64,000 bases of DNA from Minisyncoccota bacterium (GCA_041651655.1 JBAZIW010000003.1:8917-72916), one strand, 5' to 3'. Positions 16,771 through 25,301 are shown, numbered from the stretch's first letter. Notes: generated from the letters alone by a model not told the origin. Translations and numbers: made by a program.

Positions 16771-18145
16771 AGTATCCGATGTCTCCTTCAAAGGAGTCTC
16801 GTCCGGTTTCAATATTCCTGAAGCAGGCTCTCTGTTTATCAAAGAATAGCTCCACTCTTCCAATCGGTCCGTTTCTGTGCTTGGCGATAATAATATCAGC
16901 AATTCCTTTTCTCGGACTTTCTTCCTGGTAAACATCTTCACGATAAATAAACATCACGACATCGGCGTCTTGCTCAATTGAACCGGAATCTCTCAAATCG
17001 GAAAGTCTGGGAATCTTAGGTGTTCTTTGTTCTACCGCTCTTGATAATTGAGATAAGGCCAAGACGGGAATATTCAATTCTCTGGCCAATCCTTTCAATT
17101 GTCTTGATATCTCGGTAATCTGTTGAACACTGTTAATGATTTTATTACTCGGCTCAATCAACTGTAAATAATCAACAATAATCAATCCTAGTCCGTGACT
17201 AGCCTGTAATCTTCTGGCCATAGCTCTCATCTGCAAAACACTGCAGCTGGAAGCATCATCAATATAGATGGGGGCCTCGGAAAGAGTTCCCAAAGCATGC
17301 TGAATACAAACAAAATCATTCTGATCTCCTTCGGTTGAAAGCATTCCTTGTCTTAATTTCCAAGAATCAATATTTGATTCGGAACTGATTAATCTATCAA
17401 TCAATTGATCTTTACTCATTTCAAGAGAGAAGATACCAACCGGCTTCTTTTCTTTTAAAGCAATATTCTTGGCAATGTCTAGTGCTAAACTTGATTTACC
17501 CATTGATGGTCTGGCCGCCAAAATAATCAAGTCTGAATTCTGCAAACCGGAAAGAAGGGAATCTAGGCCATTAAATCCAGTTGATGTTCCTCTTAAAGCT
17601 CCTTTCTGTTTTGATATTCTTTCAATTCTTTCAAAAGCTTCTTCCAAAAAAGGCTTGATCGGTAAGAAAGATTGAGTTAAGTTCTTTTGCGTAATACTGA
17701 AAATTCTTCTTTCAGCCGTATCTAATAAATCATCTGACTCGTTTTCTTCTTCATAACCCATTAAAGATATTTCTGTTCCGGCGGAAATCAAATCTCTCAA
17801 GATTCTTTTCTTCTGGACGATTTTAGCATAGGTCATCACGTGACTGGCAGTGGGAACAGTATTGATCAGTTCAGTTAGGTAAGCAGTTCCGCCCACATTC
17901 TCCAGCTGATTCCTTTCTTTCAACTTAGAAGAAACGGAAATCAAATCAATCGGCTCACCGCGGGCAAATAAGTCTTCGACCACCTGATAGATGTACTGGT
18001 GGTTCTTTTTATAGAAATCTTCGGAGTGTAAAATATCAGCAACCTTAGTGATTGCTTCCTTATCAAGCATTAAAGAGCCTAAAAGGCTTTTTTCTGCTTC
18101 AATGTCTTGAGGCGGTACTTTGATATTTGTATTTTCACTACTCAT
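16769..18145 (-). CDS. dnaB: replicative DNA helicase DnaB
   Basis: PPQDIEAEKSLLGSLMLD N-terminal motif, Walker A ARPSMGKSSLAL and IIVDYLQL. Start is set at ATG 18145, which lies 7 nt after TTGACG-N17-TACATT (leaderless). Confidence 0.93.
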   Translation of the reverse strand: MSSENTNIKVPPQDIEAEKSLLGSLMLDKEAITKVADILHSEDFYKKNHQYIYQVVEDLFARGEPIDLISVSSKLKERNQLENVGGTAYLTELINTVPTASHVMTYAKIVQKKRILRDLISAGTEISLMGYEEENESDDLLDTAERRIFSITQKNLTQSFLPIKPFLEEAFERIERISKQKGALRGTSTGFNGLDSLLSGLQNSDLIILAARPSMGKSSLALDIAKNIALKEKKPVGIFSLEMSKDQLIDRLISSESNIDSWKLRQGMLSTEGDQNDFVCIQHALGTLSEAPIYIDDASSCSVLQMRAMARRLQASHGLGLIIVDYLQLIEPSNKIINSVQQITEISRQLKGLARELNIPVLALSQLSRAVEQRTPKIPRLSDLRDSGSIEQDADVVMFIYREDVYQEESPRKGIADIIIAKHRNGPIGRVELFFDKQRACFRNIETGRDSFEGDIGY

Positions 18146-18183
18146 TAAGTATAATGTAGCAAACAACAAATTAAACGTCAATT

Positions 18184-19284
18184 ATGAAAATAGGCTTCAT
18201 TTCCTTTCATTCCTTCAGTAATCCGGGGGGAGTGAAAAACCATATTTTGGGATTATCCAAAGAATTTGAGAAAAGAGGCATTGAAACCAAAATAATCGTG
18301 CCCAGAAGAAAACTCAAAGAAAGCTACGGCAAGAATGTCATTCTCTTGGGAACTTCGATTCCTTTAAATATCGGAGGAACGCAAGGGGATTTGGTTTTCA
18401 ATTTTAATCCTTTGGCGATAAAAAGAATGCTTAATAAAGAAAATTTTGATATTTTGCATTTCCATAACTTTATCATTCCTTCCGCTTCTCAGATATTAGA
18501 AAGGTCTGATGCAACCAATATTATTACTTTTCACGCCAACACCGAATCAGTGCCACTTTTGGATGCGATGATAAATAACTTGAGTGGATTAATTAATCAC
18601 AAAGTTAAAGGAGTAATCGGAGTCGCTTCTTTTAATCTTGAACCATTTAAGAAGTACAACGGCTTAAAGAGGGTAATTCCCAATGGAATTGATTTGGAGA
18701 AATTTAATCCCGGAATTAAAAGATTGGATAAATTTGATAACAGTAAAATCAATATTCTTTTCTTGGGAAGAATTGAAGAAAGAAAAGGATTAATTTATTT
18801 ATTGAAAGCTTATAAAATTCTGCAAGAAAAACACGATAATTTAAGATTGATTATTGTCGGTGACGGTCCGCTCAAAGAAGAGTGTGAATCATATGCCAAA
18901 GAAAACAATCTTAAAGAAATCTATTGGGAAGGAGCTCAGGCCGGGGATGTTGTTCCTCAATATTTCTCAACTTGTGATATTTATTGCAGTCCGGCCATCT
19001 TCGGAGAAAGCTTCGGAATTGTTTTATTAGAAGCTATGGCCTTAGGTAAACCAGTTTGCGGCTTTGCCAATATGGGATACAAAGAATTATTACAAAATAC
19101 TGCCGGAGAAGAATATTTAGTTGAACCAAAAAATGAAATTGCATTAGCAGAAAAACTTGATAAATTAATTGGTGATGAAAATCTAAGAAAAGAAATGAGG
19201 AAGTGGGGACTACAAGAGGTTCAGAAATATTCTTGGGAAAAAATAGCCGATCAGGTTTTAGATTTTTACAAGGAATGCCAATAA
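18184..19284 (+). CDS. glycosyltransferase family 4 (GT-B fold)
   Basis: C-terminal EX7E-like region (ESFGIVLLEAMALGKPV) and FLGRIEERKG, typical of GT4. Confidence 0.85.
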   Translation: MKIGFISFHSFSNPGGVKNHILGLSKEFEKRGIETKIIVPRRKLKESYGKNVILLGTSIPLNIGGTQGDLVFNFNPLAIKRMLNKENFDILHFHNFIIPSASQILERSDATNIITFHANTESVPLLDAMINNLSGLINHKVKGVIGVASFNLEPFKKYNGLKRVIPNGIDLEKFNPGIKRLDKFDNSKINILFLGRIEERKGLIYLLKAYKILQEKHDNLRLIIVGDGPLKEECESYAKENNLKEIYWEGAQAGDVVPQYFSTCDIYCSPAIFGESFGIVLLEAMALGKPVCGFANMGYKELLQNTAGEEYLVEPKNEIALAEKLDKLIGDENLRKEMRKWGLQEVQKYSWEKIADQVLDFYKECQ

Positions 19285-19427
19285 TTTTTATTATTTTTAA
19301 AAATTAATCTTAAAAAAAGATATTCGTGCGGTATCTTTTTTTATTTTTAAGAGAATTATACCAAAAAAGTATTGACGTCTTTTATTATTTAAAGATATAA
19401 TAGATTTATTAAAATAATAAACAACAT

Positions 19428-19865
19428 ATGAAGGCAAAAAAATCCGCAAAAATAGAGTGGAAAAAAGTTACATGGTACTCAACAGCTCTCGCTGTGATTT
19501 TATATGTTGGTGTTTTTTTAATTGGTTTTTATCTTGGTCAAAAAATGAATGAACTAAAAACAGCAATTGAACAGATACCTACCAGCACTTACGTTCAAAA
19601 ACAAACAAATAACAATACCATTACTGCCGCAAATTTTGATTGCAAAAATGGTAAGACTATTAATGCTATCTTCTTCGATGACAAAGTAGAATTAACTTTA
19701 AGCGAAGGCAGTACTTTATTGCTTTTAAGAGCTGTTTCTGGTTCTGGAGCACGCTACACCAACACTGGTGAAACTTATATTTTCTGGAATAAAGGCGATA
19801 CCGCTTTCTTAGAAGAAGGAAGCGAAACTACATACGAAGATTGTGTCGTTGTTCCAGCTGAATAA
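19428..19865 (+). CDS. membrane-anchored MliC-like (lysozyme inhibitor family) protein
   Basis: N-terminal TM. C-terminal domain with two Cys and the SGSGARY motif (…FDCKNGKTI…RAVSGSGARYTN…FWNKGDTAFLEE…EDC). Confidence 0.65.
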   Translation: MKAKKSAKIEWKKVTWYSTALAVILYVGVFLIGFYLGQKMNELKTAIEQIPTSTYVQKQTNNNTITAANFDCKNGKTINAIFFDDKVELTLSEGSTLLLLRAVSGSGARYTNTGETYIFWNKGDTAFLEEGSETTYEDCVVVPAE

Positions 19866-19943
19866 ACTGTTTGACAAAAACAATTTATAGGTATATTTTC
19901 CACTTAAGGTTTTGTGCTCGTTCACAACCTAGGAGGAATTAAA

Positions 19944-20144
19944 TTGGACTTAAAACAACTAAGGAAAGAGTTTTCTAATTACTTACTCATCGTTTTTCTT
20001 TCGGCCTTCTTTTCAGCAATGTTCGCACTATATATGTATGTCTGGGACGTACGAAGCGGATTGCCCATATTCTTCATCGGATTCTTTATCGCTTCCTTTG
20101 CAGTTCTTTCTCTAATCTTACCCAAGGCGCCGAAAAAAACTTAA
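19944..20144 (+). CDS. small membrane protein (TTG start)
   Basis: TAGGAGG lies 7 nt before TTG 19944. Two hydrophobic helices. A terminator hairpin AGAGG-ataa-CCTCT plus T-run follows. Confidence 0.5.
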   Translation: MDLKQLRKEFSNYLLIVFLSAFFSAMFALYMYVWDVRSGLPIFFIGFFIASFAVLSLILPKAPKKT

Positions 20145-20198
20145 AGAGGATAACCTCTTTTTCTTTTTTAAAAAACCTGCATTGCTGCAGGATTTTTA

Positions 20199-21650
20199 TT
20201 ATTTCTTTTTAATTACCGTTTTCTCTCCCGAATCTTCAACTTGCCAACCCTTCTCATCTATTTCTTTTCTTATCTGATCTGATTTATCCCATTCTTTATT
20301 TTTTCTGGCTTCATTTCTCGCTTCAACTAATTTCATAATATCTTCAGGAACAATACTGATATCACTGGTCCAGACGGGAATACCGTCTTTTTCTATTTTA
20401 ATAATATACTTTGACTCAGAAAGATCTTCTGATTTAACTGAAGATAGTTTTAATCCGAAAACTTTATCAAAGTCAATTAATAAATCGTATTTCTCTGAAT
20501 CGGTAAGATTGTTATCTTTTAGCATATCCCAAGTTAAAGCAAGAGCCGAAGGAATATTCAAATCATCATCAATGAAACTGATGAATTTATTCTGGTATTC
20601 TTCATATTTTTTTGAATGATCGGTTTTCTCACTCCTTGATAACTCAACTGTCTTTTCGTAAAGCTTGCTCAAACTTGTTTCGGCAAATTCAAGACTTTCA
20701 TCACTGAAAACAAGCTTGCTTCGGTAGTGAGTATTTAAACATAAATAGCGATAGGCAAGGGGACTGATTCCTTTTTCTTTTAATGTTCCCAAGGTGACAA
20801 TATTACCGGAAGACTTGGACATCTTTCCGTCTTTCAAATTAAGGAATTCTCCATGCATCCAATAATTAGCCATCGGCTTGTCATATACCGCTTCGGCTTG
20901 GGCAATCTCATTAGTATGATGAATAAAGACATGGTCAATGCCTCCGCAATGAATATCAAAAGGTATTCCTAAATTATTCACACTCATTACCACACATTCA
21001 GTATGCCAGCCGGGAAAACCGACTCCCCAAGGAGATTCCCATTCCATTTGTCTCTTTTCATTCTTGGGACTGAATTTCCACAAAGCAAAGTCAGCTTTGT
21101 TTTTCTTTTCTTTTACTTCTTCAATTCTTCCTTTCATTTCTTTTCTTTCGTTCTCTCCCCAAAGTCTGCCGTACTTGTCTAATTTTGAAGTATCGAAATA
21201 TACTCCGTCACTAATAATATAAGTGAATCCTTTCTTTTCCATTTCCTTGATTAGTTCTATCTGCTCAGGAATGGTATCAGTCGCTTTAACCCAGATAGTT
21301 GGATCAATGACATTTAGAGACTTTAAATCTTTTTTAAAGAAGTCTGCATAGAACTGAGAAATTTCCCAAACGGTTTTTCTTTCTTTCTTGGCTCCTTTTT
21401 CCAGCTTGTCTTCTCCGGAATCAGAATCGGAAGTTAAATGTCCGACATCGGTCAGATTCATTACATGCTTAACTTTGTATCCATTATATATCAAAACTCT
21501 CTTTAAAAAATCTTCAAAGAGATAGGTTCTCATGTTTCCGATGTGAGCAAACCAATAAACTGTCGGTCCGCAGGTGTAGATTCCGACTTCTTTGTCTTTA
21601 ATCGGCTTAAACTCTTCTTTTTTCTTGGTCAGGGTATTATATATTTTCAT
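20199..21650 (-). CDS. cysS: cysteinyl-tRNA synthetase
   Basis: HIGH-type motif (FAHIGNMRTY), KMSKS, and the CGGIDH/WHTEC zinc-site context. ATG 21650 lies 6 nt after a TATAAT. Confidence 0.93.
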   Translation of the reverse strand: MKIYNTLTKKKEEFKPIKDKEVGIYTCGPTVYWFAHIGNMRTYLFEDFLKRVLIYNGYKVKHVMNLTDVGHLTSDSDSGEDKLEKGAKKERKTVWEISQFYADFFKKDLKSLNVIDPTIWVKATDTIPEQIELIKEMEKKGFTYIISDGVYFDTSKLDKYGRLWGENERKEMKGRIEEVKEKKNKADFALWKFSPKNEKRQMEWESPWGVGFPGWHTECVVMSVNNLGIPFDIHCGGIDHVFIHHTNEIAQAEAVYDKPMANYWMHGEFLNLKDGKMSKSSGNIVTLGTLKEKGISPLAYRYLCLNTHYRSKLVFSDESLEFAETSLSKLYEKTVELSRSEKTDHSKKYEEYQNKFISFIDDDLNIPSALALTWDMLKDNNLTDSEKYDLLIDFDKVFGLKLSSVKSEDLSESKYIIKIEKDGIPVWTSDISIVPEDIMKLVEARNEARKNKEWDKSDQIRKEIDEKGWQVEDSGEKTVIKKK

Positions 21651-21680
21651 ATTTCTATTATATATCAATGTGCTCTATAT

Positions 21681-22526
21681 TTAAAGATATCTTTCTCCGC
21701 GGTCAGGGAAGACCGTTACAATCGTCGCTTCCGGGTGTTCTTTCTGTATTTCACGACAAACATACATGGCCGCTCCCGAACTGGGCCCAACTAACACTCC
21801 TTTTCTGGCTAATTCGTCTTTAGTGTTTAAAGCTTTTTCTGCTTCTAGGTCGTATATCTCATCAATCAAATCAAAATCAATGATGGTTGGCACGAATCCG
21901 TCTTTTAAAGATCTTAAGCCTTCAATCGTCTGATTCTGGACCGGCTGGACGCCAATGATTTTAATCTGAGGATATTTTTCTTTCAATTTTCTTCCGATTC
22001 CAGTGATCGTTCCTCCCGTTCCCATCCCAGCGATAAAATAATCAATCTGTCTGCCTTCCATTTGTTTTAATATTTCTTCGGCTGTTCCATGATAGTGAGA
22101 TTCGGGATTGGCCTCGTTTTCGTATTGATTTAAAAAAACATGTCTTTCTCCGCTCTTGGCCATATCTTTCACATCGTTGATGGCAAACTTCCTGTATCTT
22201 AAATTCTCCATCAAGATCACTTCTCCGCCAAACACCTTGACCATCTTTATTTTTTCTTTACTGGTGCTCTCCGGCATTATCACTTTAACTTTGTATCCTT
22301 TCATCGCCGCAACCATCGCTAAACCGACTCCGGTATTACCACTGGTCGGCTCAATCAAAGTGTCTCCTTTTTTTATATATCCCGCTTTTTCCGCTTCATT
22401 AATCATATTTAAGGCAATCCTGTCTTTAATCGAACCACCGGGATTGAATCCCTCCATCTTTGCGAAGATATTATTTTCTATTTTTACCAACGGCGTATCG
22501 CCGATATGCTCTAAAATTGTTTTCAT
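21681..22526 (-). CDS. cysK: cysteine synthase (O-acetylserine sulfhydrylase, CysK/CysM family)
   Basis: PLP lysine context NPGGSIKDRIA, TSGNTGVGLA, and the GTGGT loop (GMGTGGTITG). Confidence 0.88.
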   Translation of the reverse strand: MKTILEHIGDTPLVKIENNIFAKMEGFNPGGSIKDRIALNMINEAEKAGYIKKGDTLIEPTSGNTGVGLAMVAAMKGYKVKVIMPESTSKEKIKMVKVFGGEVILMENLRYRKFAINDVKDMAKSGERHVFLNQYENEANPESHYHGTAEEILKQMEGRQIDYFIAGMGTGGTITGIGRKLKEKYPQIKIIGVQPVQNQTIEGLRSLKDGFVPTIIDFDLIDEIYDLEAEKALNTKDELARKGVLVGPSSGAAMYVCREIQKEHPEATIVTVFPDRGERYL

Positions 22527-22540
22527 ATTTTATTATTAAC

Positions 22541-22563
22541 AAAAAATCTCTGGTTAAGAGATT
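22541..22563 (-). terminator. attenuator terminator (segments 3:4) in the cysK leader
   Basis: Minus strand: AATCTCT-taacc-AGAGATT followed by UUUU-G-UU, ending 14 nt before the cysK ATG. Confidence 0.55.
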
Positions 22564-22601
22564 AGTTTTATATTCCGTATTATTAAAAACAAACCAATCT
22601 C

Positions 22602-22655
22602 TTAGTCTAATGGGGGACAGCAACAGCAGCAGATTTGTTTGTTTACGTTTTTCAT
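22602..22655 (-). CDS. Cys-rich leader peptide MKNVNKQICCCCCPPLD (candidate attenuation leader)
   Basis: ATG AAA AAC GTA AAC AAA CAA ATC TGC TGC TGT TGC TGT CCC CCA TTA GAC TAA read on the minus strand. The ATG lies 8 nt after the -10 hexamer. Confidence 0.6.
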   Translation of the reverse strand: MKNVNKQICCCCCPPLD

Positions 22656-22663
22656 ATGTTTCT

Positions 22664-22691
22664 ATTCTAACAAAAGAGATTATATTGTCAA
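22664..22691 (-). promoter_or_regulatory. promoter of the cys leader/cysK transcript
   Basis: TTGACA 22691-22686, 16-nt spacer, TAGAAT 22669-22664. Confidence 0.65.
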
Positions 22692-22728
22692 GAATTGACA
22701 AAATTATTCGGTTTGATAATATTTAATC

Positions 22729-22954
22729 AGCCACCTCGACATATTCTGATGTGGCAAAGAAATGCTGGCAAAGAAATCGGGAACATGCACACCTCGATAT
22801 AATGCAACATCTCTCTTTGTCAAGAATAAATATGATTGACTAATGGATCAACCAAGTAATTCGGTATCTTTTCACCTCCTCAATTACCATACTTGGAAAA
22901 CCATAACAGGATCCATTAGTCATGATATCTTCAAAGAGCAAACAAGCTCTTTTT
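22729..22954 (+). ncRNA. candidate sRNA cassette A
   Basis: TTGACA 22695-22700, TAATAT 22717-22722. 12-bp helix GACTAATGGATC (22848-22859)/GATCCATTAGTC (22910-22921). Terminator AAGAGC..GCTCTT plus TTTT at 22934-22954. Confidence 0.4.
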
Positions 22955-22992
22955 CATTTGACAAAAATTAATTCAAAAGATAATATATTTAC

Positions 22993-23179
22993 AGAACGTT
23001 TCCAAAATCGTTCAAAACTAAAGACTCAAAGAGGTCTTTTTAAGTTGAAAGCGATACTATATACTTTCTAAAACTTAAGATATAGAAAGTTGCAGAAGAG
23101 TTTGGTGAATATGTCGCGACAAATTTATTTCACACAAAACTCTTCTCCCTTATTACGGGGACCTGGTGGGTCTTTTTTT
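22993..23179 (+). ncRNA. candidate sRNA cassette B
   Basis: TTGACA 22958-22963, N17, TAATAT 22981-22986. 10-bp helix AGAAGAGTTT/AAACTCTTCT. The terminator ends in a T7 run at 23173-23179. Confidence 0.4.
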
Positions 23180-23213
23180 GTTTGACAAAAAATAGAAATG
23201 GTATAAAGATATA

Positions 23214-23346
23214 CTTGTTCAGTATTACCCATACTGAACACCTTGAAAGCCAAAAAGCTTTCCAAAGGGGAGGAGGATTGATTAACCACGATCATTTTCT
23301 TCTCCCCATCTCATATAATTTAAAACGAACCCGAAAGGGTTCTTTT
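23214..23346 (+). ncRNA. candidate sRNA cassette C
   Basis: TTGACA 23182-23187 and an extended -10 TGgTATAAA (23199-23207). 11-bp helix GGGGAGGAGGA/TTCTTCTCCCC. Terminator GAACCC-GAAA-GGGTTC plus TTTT (23327-23346). Confidence 0.4.
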
Positions 23347-23383
23347 GTTTGACAAATTTTTCTATTACCCTTATTATCAAATT

Positions 23384-23499
23384 GTAGCGACGGCTCTGGT
23401 GTGTTGAATAGGAGTTGCAGTTCCTTTAAAATTAGCTGAATGACCTACCCTCCAAAGCAAAACAAAAGAGCCACAAAAATTGTGGCTCATTTCTTTTTT
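23384..23499 (+). ncRNA. candidate sRNA cassette D
   Basis: TTGACA 23349-23354, N17, TATTAT 23372-23377. Terminator GAGCCACA-aaaat-TGTGGCTC (23468-23488) plus a T-run. Confidence 0.4.
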
Positions 23500-23535
23500 A
23501 TTGACAAAATCTTAAAAAAGACTAAGATAAAAAAG

Positions 23536-23729
23536 TACAAAAAATTAACACAAATCCTCGGACATGATGAAGAGGCGTATCTTTAAAAGAACAAGTTTCT
23601 TAAGGAGGTCTTACCAAGATTTGCTGTTAAATACAATTAAAAAGGTGGAAGGTTCTTTCCCGACACTATCCATAAAAATCCTTCCACCTTTATCCAATTT
23701 CCCGTGTTTTGAGCTTAAGGCTCTTTTTT
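23536..23729 (+). ncRNA. candidate sRNA cassette E
   Basis: TTGACA 23501-23506, N16, TAAGAT 23523-23528. 10-bp helix AGGTGGAAGG/CCTTCCACCT. A weak GAGC..GCTC hairpin plus T6 is at 23711-23729. Confidence 0.35.
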
Positions 23730-23776
23730 GTTTGCAAAACCATTGACAAAATATTATAAAGGTTTACAATTAAGAT

Positions 23777-24010
23777 AGAACCTTGAATAACCTGTATGTA
23801 ATATTTTTCCTCTGTTTATTTAAACCGAGGAGTCTGAACTTTTTTCAGAATACTACATACGATGGTGTTTCAAAGCACCATAATCAAATTGATTCTATTT
23901 TAATAATTTCTATCTCTATAAAATTATTTTAATACTATCAATCAATTGGAGAGCCATTTACATCAGTGCTCTCCTTTCTCTTTTATACGGAGCTTATCGC
24001 TCTTTTTTTT
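23777..24010 (+). ncRNA. candidate sRNA cassette F
   Basis: TTGACA 23743-23748, N16, TACAAT 23765-23770. Helices GTATGTA/TACATAC and ATGGTG/CACCAT. Terminators GGAGAGC..GCTCTCC (23948-23974) and GAGC..GCTC plus T8 (23990-24010). Confidence 0.4.
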
Positions 24011-24048
24011 ATTTGCTTTTTCAAGGAAAAAATAATAGAATATGGTAT

Positions 24049-25146
24049 ATGTCAAACTTAGTTTTATATCGTAAATACAGACCACAGTCATTTAAAGAGT
24101 TCATTGGACAGAAACACGTGGTTACCACCATCACTAACGAAATAGCCTCGGGAATGATTTCCCACGCCTATATGTTTTCCGGACACCGGGGAACAGGAAA
24201 GACAACTCTGGCTAGATTATTTGCTAAGGCCATCAACTGTCAAAACTTGAAAGGATCCGAACCGTGCAACAAATGTCCTTCCTGTTTGGAAATCAACGGA
24301 GGCAAGGCAGTAGATATTATTGAAATTGATGCCGCTTCAAACAGAGGCATTGATGAAATCAGAAGCATCAGAGAGGGAATTAAATTTGCTCCCAACTTTT
24401 TAAAATACAAAGTTTTGATTTTGGATGAAGCTCACCAATTATCAAAAGATGCGGCCAATGCATTATTGAAAATATTGGAAGAACCGCCCTCATATGCAAT
24501 TTTCATTTTAGCCACCACCGAAGCTCACAAAATGATTCCGACGATTGCTTCCCGCTGTCAGAGATTTGATTTCTATAAACTCTCTTTTGATGAGGTGGTA
24601 GAAAAACTTTCTTTCATTTGCAAAAAAGAAGGAATTGAAATCGAGAAAGAAGCCTTGGGATTGATCGCTTCCGCTTCCGAAGGTTCAATGAGGGACGCCG
24701 AGGGAACACTGAATCAAGTTTTAAATTTCTTACCGGGCACTAAAATCAAAGCAGAAGACGTTCAACTGCTTTTAGGATTAGTAGATATCAATTTGGTAGT
24801 TGAATTAACCGATTATTTGATAAAAAAAGACAAAGCCGGAGCTTTGAAGTTTTTGAATGACAATATTGAGAAGGGAATAGATATTTCTGAATTTACCAGA
24901 ACTCTTATTGACTATTTACGAAAATTGCTTATCCTAAAGATTGATTCAAGTTTAATCAGTTCAGTAATGCCTGGAGAAACTAAAGAAGTAGGGGAGAAAG
25001 CTAAAAAACAAGCCGAAGGGTTATTAGAAGACAATTTAAAGAAAACCCTTAATCTACTCTTAGACGCTGACAATAAAAGCAAGTATGCTTCAATACAGCA
25101 ATTGCCTTTAGAATTGGCTTTAATTGAATCAATCGGAATTGAATAG
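24049..25146 (+). CDS. dnaX: DNA polymerase III subunit gamma/tau (N-terminal clamp-loader core)
   Basis: LYRKYRPQSFKEFIGQKHV, Walker A GHRGTGKTT, zinc module CNKCPSC, LDEAHQLS, SRCQRFDF. ATG 24049 lies 7 nt after TAGAAT (leaderless). Confidence 0.92.
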   Translation: MSNLVLYRKYRPQSFKEFIGQKHVVTTITNEIASGMISHAYMFSGHRGTGKTTLARLFAKAINCQNLKGSEPCNKCPSCLEINGGKAVDIIEIDAASNRGIDEIRSIREGIKFAPNFLKYKVLILDEAHQLSKDAANALLKILEEPPSYAIFILATTEAHKMIPTIASRCQRFDFYKLSFDEVVEKLSFICKKEGIEIEKEALGLIASASEGSMRDAEGTLNQVLNFLPGTKIKAEDVQLLLGLVDINLVVELTDYLIKKDKAGALKFLNDNIEKGIDISEFTRTLIDYLRKLLILKIDSSLISSVMPGETKEVGEKAKKQAEGLLEDNLKKTLNLLLDADNKSKYASIQQLPLELALIESIGIE

Positions 25147-25151
25147 AATAT

Positions 25152-25222
25152 TGCGGGATCGTCTAATGGTAGGACAGTGGCCTTTGAAGCCATTAATCTT
25201 GGTTCGAGTCCAGGTCCCGCAG
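25152..25222 (+). tRNA. tRNA-Gln (anticodon TTG), no encoded CCA
   Basis: Hand-folded: acceptor TGCGGGA/TCCCGCA, anticodon stem GTGGC/GCCAT with loop CTTTGAA, T-arm CTTGG-TTCGAGT-CCAGG. Confidence 0.88.
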
Positions 25223-25301
25223 CCGTCTTATGCTAAGTCAGGTGACTGAGATGCATACATGAAAATCACTGGTTTCATTCAGTGATTTTTCATTAGCGAT
25301 A

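Noticed and set aside
22527-22700. T-box riboswitch upstream of cysK/cysS
   Set aside because: I looked for the conserved T-box core (AGGGUGGNACCGCG-like) and the AG-bulge/GNUGGA elements and found none. The leader is also too short (~130 nt). The leader-peptide attenuator explains the structure better.
23564-23746. 60-aa ORF inside sRNA cassette E
   Set aside because: It starts about 30 nt into a unit that otherwise looks like the neighbouring non-coding cassettes. It runs through a 10-bp helix and the terminator. It has no coding-like composition.
22695-24012. CRISPR array or other direct-repeat array
   Set aside because: The only recurring element is the T-run plus TTGACAAAA junction (terminator plus -35 box). 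Unit lengths are irregular (110-230 nt) and there is no conserved repeat of CRISPR size. No cas genes are in the window.
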